Source of the DNA: Hypanus sabinus
Lineage: Eukaryota
Reading direction: 5' to 3'
Length of the DNA: 64,000 nt
NCBI RefSeq assembly: GCF_030144855.1
Contig: NC_082731.1
Span: 26,040,001 to 26,104,000 of the forward strand
In this document: in pieces, positions 37,975 to 49,893 of the stretch
Position numbering within the stretch: position 1 is the stretch's first letter
Layout: each line of letters starts with the position of its first letter
Notes under the pieces: model-generated
Database searches by the model: none
What the model was told of the DNA's origin: nothing
What the model saw: only the letters and a program-made list of their open reading frames with translations
Made by a program: the position numbers and the translations under genes

Positions 37975-40900
37975 AATTGCACTGAATTAAATTGAATTGA
38001 CTTTATCACTTCCATCCTCCATAGACATGATGACTACAAACCTTTATGTTACATCTCTGTTCAAGTGTACAATCTGCAATGAAAGCAATTTATAATAAAT
38101 GTTATGCACAACACGATAGTCGATACAACAAAGAAGTACAGTTGCGTCAGCATGAATTAAGCAGTCTGATGAGTTCATGAAAGAAGCTCTCACGGAGCTT
38201 GCTGGACCTGACTTTATGCTCTGTCTGCATTTGTCCCCAGTCAATGGCTCATCCTTCCTTACATTGATATTACAGTCATCCCCTTTTAAACCTTCTTCTA
38301 CATGTTGGCCCATGCTCAGCATTATTTTCCTGCTTCCCGTATCCCCAGCGTAGAGGTGGGTATCAGTCCAATCATGTAATTTTCAGCGTAAGGTCTGACC
38401 CAGGTTGTAGCTAAGGTACAGGCGACATCTCTGTATCAATTGATGGCTTTAAGGTTTTAGATTTATATCCTGATGGGTGTGGAGATGGCGTTCGAGGAGA
38501 AAGAACTTTGGAGCTGGAAAGGCAGTGGATGAGTGTTGTAGAAATACTACGGCAGTGAATTAAAATCCAGGGATACAACCACAACAGAAGTAACAAATTT
38601 AAATTTAGGCCATAATGATCTGCAACGCATTTCGATCTGCGGTCAGATTTCCAATTTGTATATATTTTTAAATCTAGCCATCAGTGATAATTTCCTGTCA
38701 GAATTAGTGACGTCCTTCAGGAAAGAGATCTCACATCCTTAGCCTCAGAGTCTCTTTATGACTCCTAACCCATCAACGTGATTGCCTCCGAACGCCCTCG
38801 GAAAGGTGATTCAGGTGGGCAATTCATTCTAACTTCATCGGCACAGCCCAGAGCACAAAAGATGAATATCTAAAATTGCCCATCTCTTTGTCAAGCCACC
38901 CGAGGCTCCATCAAATTAATACAGTACAGACATCAATCAGTCAGAATCTCATCCGATCCGATGTTTCACCCTCCATTATTTTATACAAATACCCGAATGC
39001 TATTTCGTTGCAAGATTCTTCTAAGCTGACACACGCACCTCCAGCTCCCCCCTTCAGCCCAGCTCTCGACCGTCAGTTTCATCCGTGTTTTTGTGAAGTT
39101 CGAGGAACTCTTCATGATAAAGCTGTCGTTCCCAGGATGTATGCTGTCTTCGGCAGCAAACCTGCCTGCTGGCGTTAATCTGCGTCATGCACTGCCAGCT
39201 CTGATCAGCTCAGGAAACATTTGTGTTTCGAGAAACAGAGATTACTGGTTCATATCAATGCCCTTTCACCAAATTCTGTCAGTCTGATATGTGACAACTA
39301 GACTATATCCAGTTTTATTTTACCGTATTTATTTTGATGAAGCCAGCTTGTTTTTCATTGACTGCTGCAAAACCAAAACATTTCAGGGCCATTCCCAACT
39401 CAGCCAATACGTCTCCAGTATGTCACTTGATATGGGGGTCACTTTCATTTTTTTACACATGTCAGGGCTGTTGGCGTTGAGCTGAAACCCGCCACCGTAC
39501 CGAGAAGACCGGTGGATCGCTCTTGGCGCTGAGTTTGGTTATTATGAGCAGTTCTCGTCATTTTAGGAAGGAGGTTATGTTTTTGATATGGTAGAAAGTG
39601 TGTCACTTCTATGTTATACGTAATGAATATTTTGCTTCAGTAGTCACTGCAGAAAATGTTTTTCGCGAGTTTGTTGATGCCTTACAGTGGATTGAAAAGC
39701 TTAAGCATATTGACATAAAGAAAAAGGATGTGCTGGAGCTTTCGGAAAGCAATGTTGGATAATTCTCCGGGATTGGATGAGATGGACCCAGGCTATTGTG
39801 CAAAGCGAGTGAAGAATTGCTGAGACTCTATCAATAATCTTTGCATCAACAGTGAGTACTGAAAAGGTTTCGGAGGATTGGAGGGTTACAGATGTTTTTT
39901 TCCCTTATTCGTGAAAGGAAGTAAATATAGCCCAGGAAATTATAGACCATTGAATCTTACTTCAGTGGTTGGTAAGTTGATGGAGAAGATCCTGATAGGC
40001 AGGATTTATGAACATTTGGAGAGGCATAATATGATTAAGAATAGTCATCATGTTTTGTCTGTCAAAGGCAAGACGTACATTACGACCCCGATTGAATTTT
40101 TTCAGTTTGTGACTAAACACATTGATGAAGGTAGATCAGCAGATGTAGTGTATATGGATTTCAGCAAGTCATTTGATAAGGTACCCCATGTAAGACTTAT
40201 TGAGAAAGTAAGCTGGCATGGGATCCAAGGGAAAATTCTTAGTGGATCCAGCATTGGCTTGCCCACTGTTGGCAAAGAGTGGTTGTAGACGGATCATATT
40301 CTGTATGGAGGTCGGTAACTACTGGTGTGCCTCCGTGATCTGTTCTGGGACTCCTCCACCATGATTTTTTCAAATGACCTGAATGAGGAAGAGGGGAGAA
40401 TTATAAATTTAATAAATTTAATAAATTTGCTGACGACACCAAGGTTCGGGGACTTATGGATGGCTTGAATAGCTGTCAAAAGTTACAGCAGGACATCGTT
40501 AAAATGCAATATTGGGCTGAGAAGTGCCCGATGGAGTTCGGGCAACATATGTATGAGGTGGTTCATTTTGCTACGTCAAATATGATGGCAGAATATAACT
40601 CTTGGTTTATGGAGAATCAGAGGGAACTTGAGCTCTGAGTCGATAGGACTCTCAATTCGGCTGCACAGGTTGATTCTGTGGATAAGAATGCATACGATAC
40701 ATTGGCCTTCATTAACCGTGGGATTGCGTTTAAGAGCCGAGAGATTATGTTACAACTGTATGGGAAACAAGTCAGACTCTACTTGCAGTACTGCGCTCAT
40801 TTCTGGTCGCTTCACTAAAGGAAGAATGTGGAAACTGTAGAGAGAGTGCAGAGGAAATTTACAAGGATGCTGCTGAATTGGGGAGTATGCATTATAGGAA

Positions 40901-42459
40901 TAGTTTGAGTGAACTCGGACTTTTCCCCTTGGAGCGGCACAGAATTAGAAATGAGCTGATTAAGGTGTGTATGCTGAATGGAGGCATTTATCGTGTGGAT
41001 AGTCATTTTCTAAGGGCTGAAATGGCTAGCACGAGAGGGCACAGTTTAAAGGTGCTTGGAAATAGGTACAGACCAGATGTCATAGGAAAGATTTTTTTTT
41101 TTTACGCAGAGTGTGGTTAATGCGTAGAACGGGCTGCCGGCAACGGTGGTGGAGGCAGATCCGGTAAAGTGTTTTAATAAACTCGTGGAAAGGTACGTAG
41201 AGAATAAATTAGAGTGCTAGGGGTAACCATGGGTAATTTCTAAAGTGCGTTCATATTCGGCACAGCATTGTAGGCCGAAGGCCCTGTATTGTGCTGCAGG
41301 TATTCTATGTTTCTGTGTCTATGTTTATGTGCTATCTGGATTGGCTTGTATGATATAGGAGGGGAATCTAAACAAACAAGGAAGGCATGATCTTTAGCAA
41401 TAAAGACGATCTGCTGAAATACATGATATCAAAGAAATTAATAGGGACGATAATCAGTGTCTGAGATGAAAGAATGAATTCCAACTATAATCCACGAGAA
41501 AATATAAAATGCGAAGACTGAAATTACCTGGAACTACAGAAAACATTGTGGAAGCTGATACGATTGCAACATCCGAAAACCTGCATTTCAGGTAACAGGT
41601 GAATCCTATTGTCCACTCCTGGCAACTCCAGAATCATTCACCCATGCAGTTAATATCAGCCTTGCCTTATGACTGCACCCTCGTGTTCGATGGCACAAAT
41701 TCTACCTTCCAAATCACCCTCTGTAAACATGAGTATATTCAAATGTCAGCTGCCTGAGTCATCATTTCGTGACCCTACATGCTTACCAACATTGGTCCTG
41801 GCATTGCGACAACTGGATAACCACATACTGTATATACCCCATGCTCACCGCAGTATCATGACCTTCTGCATTGTTCCCAATTTCATCACAAAACCATAAC
41901 GTTGATTCCACCCACTTTGACAACTCTTCACATTGCCGCGCTATTGAACGTATTGATTCAGGCCTATTAAGAAAGGAAAATAATCGCCCTTGAAAAGCAA
42001 ACTTTAGCATATTGGTGGAAGCCGTATAACTTGACGGAATCCAAAGAGGCACAAAGAGAACTGTGAGCTGTACACATAGATGTATCCGACATCATGAACG
42101 AAATCCGGTTGTTGGAACTGTAAGTTAACATTAGTACAAGCTGCACGGCTCTGCTGTAATTTTATTCTCTAGAAAAACAATCACAGTTCATGGCACTCAT
42201 CGAAGCAAGTTGGCTCCGATAATGCTTGTTGGCATTATATAAAAATGATGCATCTTATCCTGTACAGAGACGAACAGCTTTTGGAAAATTGAAAGCTCTA
42301 CTGGGAGCGGGTACAGAAAGCTGCGCATCTGGTTTCAGTGGGCTGGAGCCTGTTCAAGCTGCAGCTCCTTCTCTCACTTGCAGTCCAAGTCTGTATTTGA
42401 ACTACACTCTCGGTGGCACGACATAAAAACGATCTCAGCTGAAGCAGCCGATCTCAAAA

Positions 42460-42974
42460 ATGTCCAAGTCGGATTCAGTGCTCAGCCCGATAAGGGGCAT
42501 TTATTTTCACTGTCTCCTCCTGTTTTGCCTTGTAGATGTCATGTCCCGCAACTTATCACATTTTCGAGGCCGAATGCTTTTCGCAAATTTTGTGAATCTA
42601 CGTTTTAAAACATTTTCTCAATTTCTGCTCTTTTTTATTTGACAGGCGTGAATTCTGATATCCTGCAGCCCCTGTCAGCGGTGGCAAAGCCTCGGCAGTC
42701 CCACACACAGACCTGTGCAGCCACTGACTTCAGTCTTAGAAGATATGTCATCCATTAGATGAAGCAAGTCTCCGGAAATGCGCTGCAGTGTCCAGCGGTT
42801 ATGTGGGGAGGCAGCAGGAAGTACTATGAACCGGAGTCAATGGCCGATTCGAGGTTATCAATGGTAGCAACACCGTTTATCTGCAAATGAACAACCTGAG
42901 ACTGGACGATACGCACGCCTATGACTGTGCGAGAGCGTAGTGAGAGAGATCGACAGTGGACCGCAACAAAAACC
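42460..42974 (+). pseudogene. IGHV: IGHV pseudogene V4 (B-type)
   Basis: Leader MSKSDSVLSPIRGIYFHCLLLFCLV with donor GT->AT. V exon from 42646 has FR2 Trp->TAG and a 1-nt frameshift after CDR2. RSS cgtagtg (42936-42942), 23 nt, acaaaaacc (42966-42974). Confidence 0.92.
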
Positions 42975-43573
42975 CAGCAAAAGAGCTTACATTACAGGCG
43001 CGGTGGAGAATTTCAGCAGTGATCGCCAGAGTTGTATCCCGGACTTTCTGGACACGTCCAGTCGACCACAAAATGGAAGGCGGATTGTCAGCGGTGATTC
43101 CTGAGAACAGATGCTGAACGGATGGACTCAGGGGCTCACTGGAGATCTTCAGACGGCAGCACGGAGCCAAGCGCAATGAGTCAGAATGGGGTCACCGATC
43201 GATCTTGTCAACTATCGGTCCTTCGTCTACAAGTCACGGTAAACCGTGGGGGTATGCGGAGCATTAATGTCATGGGAACCATTGGTGATCTGGTGCGGTT
43301 TGACTGAGGAGTGATGTGCTGAATGGGAGTGGGTACAAGTTCCACTAGAGATTGTCTGGAAGGGAAAGGAACCACATAAAAGCAGCTGTCAGCTGAGGCA
43401 CAGAGAAAGGTCCGTTTAGGTCATATCCTCTGGACTTCAGGACTGGTCGAGCCGATATTGAGATCTGATGTGTGGGACACGAAGACCCAGAGGGAGGTAT
43501 TAAAAAATCAGCAGGCCGTCTCTGCGTACCATTGAATTTCGATGGGTGGGTTGGTAGGGGATGTGACGAAGTC

Positions 43574-43637
43574 AGATTGTGACCTGCAGAAAAGCATTGT
43601 GATATGTACCACAGAGATGGGGAGCTGAACAGAAACT
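43574..43637 (+). other. IGHD: Apparently intact Ig heavy D segment with 12/12 RSS (core ATATGTAC 43602-43609)
   Basis: agattgtga, 12 nt, CATTGTG | ATATGTAC | CACAGAG, 12 nt, ACAGAAACT. Confidence 0.8.
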
Positions 43638-44136
43638 GCTCCGGACAAATGAGCGTCTGCAACGCAGTCTGGCTCCACGAATTCCGCATTACTGACACCC
43701 AAAATCAAATCCCTGACGGCTGACTCATACTGCTATGACAAATGTCCATTTCTGGGGAAGTAAAAGCCCAAATGGATTCAAATCTGATTGTGTGGAATAA
43801 TGGGAATGGGTGTCCGCGCACAGGAAAATTGTGAAAATGTCTCTTTTATTCACGGGCCAGGAAGGGCCAAGTTAGGATTTTCAGATAGAAATCCAGAATC
43901 CTGGGATACAGCAAGAATATCGACGATAACCCAGGATTTATTAATTTGATTGAGGTTTGAGTTTTATTCCCTGATTTGTTATGAGAAAAGAAACTTTAGA
44001 GTTTGGAAGGCAGTGGGGAAGTGTTGCAGGAAAGTTAAGCTAGGAAATTGAAGGAACCGTACATGTACGTGCTGATTATTTTCCACGTACCGGTTTTGGC
44101 TCAATCTTCCCGATTCTGTTAAGTGAAACTGCTCTA

Positions 44137-44501
44137 AGAGCCGAATCATTTTTAAAAAATGGAAAAAGATTTTTTATGGGAAGAAACAGTACAATGAAGC
44201 AAACAATTACTACACAAAAGCAATAGACACCTGCCCCAAAACTGCCAGCTACTATAGCAATCTATCAGCTACTCTGATGATGATGGGCAAAGTCCGGTAG
44301 GCCGTTGAAGATGCACAGCGAGCTCTGAGGTTGGTAGATACTTTTCTGAAGCGACATCTGCGAGAGGCGAAATGTCATCTTTCCTTGGGGAATGCAATGG
44401 CCGCTAGCTGGAGTTTCTGTAAAGATGTGGAACTTGAAAGTGACAATACTCAGGCACTCATTGAGTTAAATCATGCAGACGCAGTATTGGAGTATGAATG
44501 A
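44137..44501 (+). pseudogene. DNAJC7: Intronless DNAJC7 (TPR2) N-terminal TPR fragment, disrupted copy
   Basis: Homologous to 57591-57954, with frameshifts and an in-frame TAG near 44297. Confidence 0.85.
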
Positions 44502-45504
44502 GTAGGTGAACTATTCAAACGTTGCAGCTTGCATTATTTGGTGGGTCGTGGTGAGTGGTGCAGGTGGCATGTGGAGGGAAACGTCCAAATCAATAATGTG
44601 CGATAGTCGACAATTTAGTGGAAAGTTTCTGATCTGGTACGCATTGCCTAAATGATCCTCTTGTGCAGTAGTGGGTGTAGAGAGGAAACAGGAGCAGATC
44701 AGCCATTTATGCGAGACAGGGAAGAGCAGAGAGGAACCAATCGGTTTATAGGGTTTGCTCTGCTAAAGCAGAGAAAATCAGGAATGAATGGCCTCAAACC
44801 CTACTCTATTCTTCAGTTGAATTAGTATTGATCATGTAGAGCTGGGAAATTCTCCCGCAAAGTGTTTCTAAGAAGCACCTCAGTGTACACGGAGGAGGAG
44901 TTACATGGGGATTACAGCCTCCATATCGCGTCTTCATACCACGTATTAGATACAAAGAACATTCTGCACTGTCTCATCCCAGCTAGGGAAGGGGCAGCAC
45001 AGCTTAGATATAGAGTGAAGTTTGCCCTAACCTGCCCCATCACATACACAGAACATGAGTTTAACTTTACTGTTCAAATGAATTGTTCATACATAGAAAT
45101 AACTCTATAATTTCTTGTCTTTCTCCAGCCCCAAACTGGTTTGATTAACATGTACTTTACTACATTAACCAGTGCTGCTGGTGATTTAGTAAAAGTGGTT
45201 TTGAGATAAAGTACTGACTTTTACAAAGCACCTTTCATGGTGTCCCCGAATTCCCACAGGTAATGATGTAGTTTCAAAGTACAGCCCTATTGTAGAGTAG
45301 GGTATGTGGAGCCACTCTGAACACAGATGAATCCGCAAACTGCAAGGTGTGAACGATCAGACAGTCTGTTCTTCATTTTCAATCGATTTTATTGATTGAA
45401 AACAAATTATATGAATAGATACAATTCAGAGGAGAGTATATATCAAATACATAATACAATAAACGTACAGACAAAGAAAAGGATATACCCAGTCAAAATA
45501 GAAT

Positions 45505-46945
45505 TTTCTCTAAGAATTTAGCCAATAGACTTGAGAATATCTTGCCTACTGTTATCTCAAATGATCAAACTGGATTTATTAAAAATAGGTATTCACTTTT
45601 TAATATTCGAAGATTGTTAAATATTACTTATTCTCCCTCAGTTGAAGGATCTGAATGTATTGCGTCTCTGGATGCAAAGAATGCTTTTGACAGGGTGGAG
45701 TGGCCTTATTTGCTCCAGGTTTTGAGGAGGTTTAATTTTGTTCAGGGATTTATTTCCTGGAACAAACTGATTTATCAAGCTTCGATGACCTGCGGTTGTA
45801 ACTAATAATCAAAAATCTCCATATTTTAGATTATATAGAGGAACAGGTCAGGGTTGTCCTCTCAGTCCTTTATTGTTTATTTTGGCATTAGAACCACTGG
45901 CTATTGCTCTTGGGATACTAATTGTGTTCAGGGTATTAAGAGAGGGGATAAACTACATAAGATTTCATTATATGTAGATGATTTATTAGTTTACATTTCA
46001 GACTCCAGGTAATCTATTCCCGCTATGCTATCCATATTTACAGAATTTGGTATTTTGTCTGGATATAAATTAAATTTTCATAAAAGTGAATTATTTCCCA
46101 TTATTTATTAATTTGGTTATGATCAAATACCCTTTAATATTGCTAAAAATTATTTTACCTATATTGGTATTAAAATTACTAAAAATTTTAAGACTTATAT
46201 AAGTTTAATTTTCTTCCCGTAACTGAATACACACAACTGTTTTCCAAATGGTCGCCTATGACGATGTCATTGAAATTTTTATATACGTTTCAGGCGTTCC
46301 ATCCTTTGTCCCGAAAACATTCTTTGACAGAATAGATTCTATGATGCTGTCATACATTTTGAATACTAAAAATTCTAGAGTGCAAAAAGCTTTATTGCAA
46401 AAATTAATAAAAAGCTGGAGGACTGGCATTACCAAATTTTAGATTTTATTTTTGGGCAATTAATATTCGTTATATCACCTATTGGATTTACGGTATAGAT
46501 AATCAGGACTGTACTTCATGGTTAGAATTGGAGAAGAACTCGATAAGGGGGTTTTCTTTTGCTTCTTTACTGTGCGCTCTTCTTCCTTTTTTTTGTTTTC
46601 TATGATAGGTAGACAAGTCTTAGTCATATTATTAAACGTACATTAAAAATATGGTTTCAGTTTCGCAGATTTTTTGACTTAAATAACTTTGTTCTCTCCA
46701 GTAATATCCGTTTTAACTTTGTTTTAAAACATCAATTCTGGATAAGGCTTTTTTAATGGAAAACTAAGGGGATAAAAACTGATTTAGATTTGTTTTTAGA
46801 GGACTATTTAATGACCTTTTCGCAGTTACTGGATAAATATGATATACCTAATGCACAACTTCTTAGATACTTACAAATCAGGAATGTTTACCTGATTTCC
46901 CAAATTATCCATTTGTTAATTTACCGAATATGACAGAGGCTATTT
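45505..46945 (+). mobile_element. Degenerate L1-clade RT fragment shared with ~61465-62940; preceded by a short opposite-strand L1-like T-rich tail
   Basis: ORFs 45542-45805 and 61504-61767 (QTGFIKNR..SLDAKNAFDRVEW), QGCPLSP and YVDDLL motifs. Confidence 0.85.
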
Positions 46946-49371
46946 TTCATAGCATTGAACGAAGCAAGCTGGTTCCGCCAGTGCTTGCTGGACTTATATA
47001 AGAATGATACATCCGACCACACTATTTGAAGTAGTCATTAAGACGTGTTCCCTGTTAATGTTAGACAGGAACGTTTGATGCAGGGGGATACCATGTCTTA
47101 CAACAGAAAATACGATTTTGAAGCAAGACGAAGGTGTGGGTGGAGTACTGGATGCTGTCTACAAGTACAACAATAAAATCGTCAAGATCCCTGGTGATAA
47201 ACTGACCCAAAAGTTTAAGGCACATTGGATCCATAGACTCTTGACAGATTGGTTGTAAACATGCCTTGGCTATGCAGGACAGACTGTAGTGATCTAGAAG
47301 AAGTCCGGCAGGTGCTGATTCGCCAGGAACGGCGCTAAAATCTCAACTGTTTCTGCTATGTATAAGTCTTTAGAGAAACTTGTAAAGTCGCTGATTAGGT
47401 TTGCCGACAATGGGCATAATCTGGAACTGTGAATAAGACAGAGATCTGTAAAATTGACACAAGAAGATATCGAGAAATTCGGCCGAGAATTTCGAGATTA
47501 GGGTTTAATCGGCACAAGCGTGAGGCATTACACCTCTGCCGAAAAATGCAAGAGGAAATGCCACGATAAACAGCAGAACCAGAGCCAGTATTGAGCTGCA
47601 GTGTGTCTGTTTTTGGCCAACGTCTCGACTGTGTCCCTGGTTTGGTTCAGGATCATCATTTCTGCCGCTACGGAGCCTCAAAGGTGGAACGATGACAGCC
47701 TGGCTAGATATAGTTTGTACATTCGGAAAACCAACTTTGCTCTTGATCACGACAGTGTTCAGGGTTTCATTAATCGCGACTGTAGCTTTCTCTCAGATTT
47801 CACTCCTGTCAGTCATGCAATTCCTGGCTGGAGAATCAGGAATACCGTCGCACACGGGTACTGATTTCTTATTCTTATTTCAAAAAATAAAAATTTTGAA
47901 CAGTTCGTAACCCTGTACAAACCACCAGATCCTTGAGGAGCAGAGGGATCTGCCCTTTGAGCTCTTTCTGTTCGGTAACCTTGCCAAGAAGCAAAGCACG
48001 TGTTCTGAAACCAGCCAATAGAGATCTTCGAACCACTGAAGGTGCAAGCCTCCAAGCTCTACGACAACATTGTTGTCTTTTTAGAGGGAAAAATAACGTT
48101 CAGCTTTTTTTTATTACTGCCATGATGGGAATGATGTGTCAGGTGGACATAAAAGGTTTGAAACTGCCTGCAATGTCTATCCCAACATTGATCCCTCAAC
48201 CAGCATCACAGAATGTCTAATCTCTGTAGATGCAGCTGATTTTGCCAGAGAGGATGCTATATGTAACTTGCGACCAACCTTCCTTCAGTGACAACACTGG
48301 TTCTACTTGAAAAAGTACTTCATTGTCTCAAGATAATCTGCAGTGTGGATGTCCTCACTCGTGAGTTTCCTTTCAATGTCAACCGATTTAGCACGGCTTG
48401 CCTGCTAACCTGCAGGGGCTGGGGGAAAGGGAGGTCGGGTGTGTAATGTTACCAGCAACAACAATATTCCCTGCTGTTTGTTTCGCCACCTCAGCTCCCT
48501 GAAACAATGGTTATGTTCCTCCCAACGGCTAAAACAGGTCAAAGAGTTTTCAAACACCCGTGATGGGAGAATTGCCAATGTATTGGGGCTGAAATTCATG
48601 TTGTCAAATCACTGATAGAATCATTTCTTATCAGACGATATTACCTCTATTTGCACGCTTAATATTGATTCTCATGCTATGGGTGCAGATGGAAAACTTT
48701 ATAGCAATTCTTATTTTTCTGCTTATTACACTTCCGTGCACTGTCCGGTGTCTCTAGAATGGTGTCCCAAAGGAGGATATCTCCCAGTTGACTAGTGTAC
48801 TTAGTCCCTGTCACTCAGAGAGATATCTGTCCACTAAATAGTGTATCTCAGACTTTGTCTCTCGGGGCCTGTCAGTCGCTCTCTCTAGTTGGGCATCAGT
48901 TCATTGACTAGAATCTTCCAGTTCCAGTCTCTCAGGAGAATCTGTCCACTGACTGATGTCTCAAACTTCCTGTCTCACAGGGTGATGTTTGTCCACTAGC
49001 TGTTGACTCCGAGCCCCTGCCTTTCAGAGGGAAACCTGTCCACTGACTTGTGTTTCTCATTCGTTCTCGCCGGGATCCTCTGCGTTTCAGTTTGCACAAA
49101 CTGTTTATCACCGAAAATGATGAGTATAACAGATCTTCAATCCGGATCTAGTCACTGCCACTGGCCTGTCTCCTGCACAGAGACGAATGTATTTTGGAAA
49201 ATTGAAATCTCTGCCGGGGGCAGGGACGGAAATTCTGTCTCTGGTTTCATTGTGTGGGCGTCTTTACAAGCTGAGGCTCCTCCTCTCACTGGCAGTCTCC
49301 GTCTGTATTTGAACAGCGCTCTCGGCTTCTCCTGAAAAATCCGGTCTCAACTAAAGCTGCTGATGTCAAAA

Positions 49372-49854
49372 ATGTTCAAGTCGGAATCAGTGTTCAGCTC
49401 GATAGGGACCATTCCTTATTTCTGTCTTCTCCTGCTTTGCCTTCAAGGTGTCTGTCACGCAATTTATCATCTATCCAAGGATGGCGGTTTCTCCGAGGCT
49501 TTGTGAATCTATGCTTGTGAAACATTTTAATTAATTCTGCTCTTCTTTTTTGGCAGGCGTGCAGTCCGATATTCTGCTGAAACAACCGGAGTCAGTTGTG
49601 GTAAATTTTGGACAATCCCACAAATTGAACTGTGCAGTCAGTGGGATCAGCCTCAGCAACTCTGACATGCACTGGGTGAAACAGGTCTCCGGAAAAGGGC
49701 TGGAATGGCTGGCCGCTGTTTGGGCTAACGGTAACAAGAAGTACGCGCCTGGAGTCGAAGGCCGATTCGAGGTTGCCAAGGACAGCAGCACCGTTTATCT
49801 GCAAATTAACAACCTGAGACTGGACGACACCGCCACCTATTACTGTGCGAGAAA
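49372..49854 (+). CDS. IGHV: Ig heavy-chain V gene V5 (IgW-like), ORF-intact: leader 49372-49447, intron 49448-49556, V exon 49557-49854
   Basis: MFKSESVFSSIGTIPYFCLLLLCLQ|[99 protein letters not shown]. Confidence 0.95.
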
Positions 49855-49893
49855 CACAGTGAGAGAAATTGGTAGCCGACCGGGACAAAAACC
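49855..49893 (+). other. 23-RSS of V5
   Basis: CACAGTG (49855-49861), 23 nt, ACAAAAACC (49885-49893): perfect consensus. Confidence 0.97.

Noticed and set aside
44862-45110. ORF (and 58128-58469) ending TCPITYT.HE.NFTVQMNCS downstream of the clusters, considered as a CH exon remnant
   Set aside because: No C1-set Cys-x-Trp spacing or acceptor context; homologous sequence at ~14150-14370 and ~50420-50630 is frameshifted; nothing supports Ig identity
45385-45505. Short opposite-strand L1-like tail next to the + strand RT fragment, as a possible twin-priming inversion
   Set aside because: The right flank is deleted, so no TSD can be tested; two independent insertions explain it equally well
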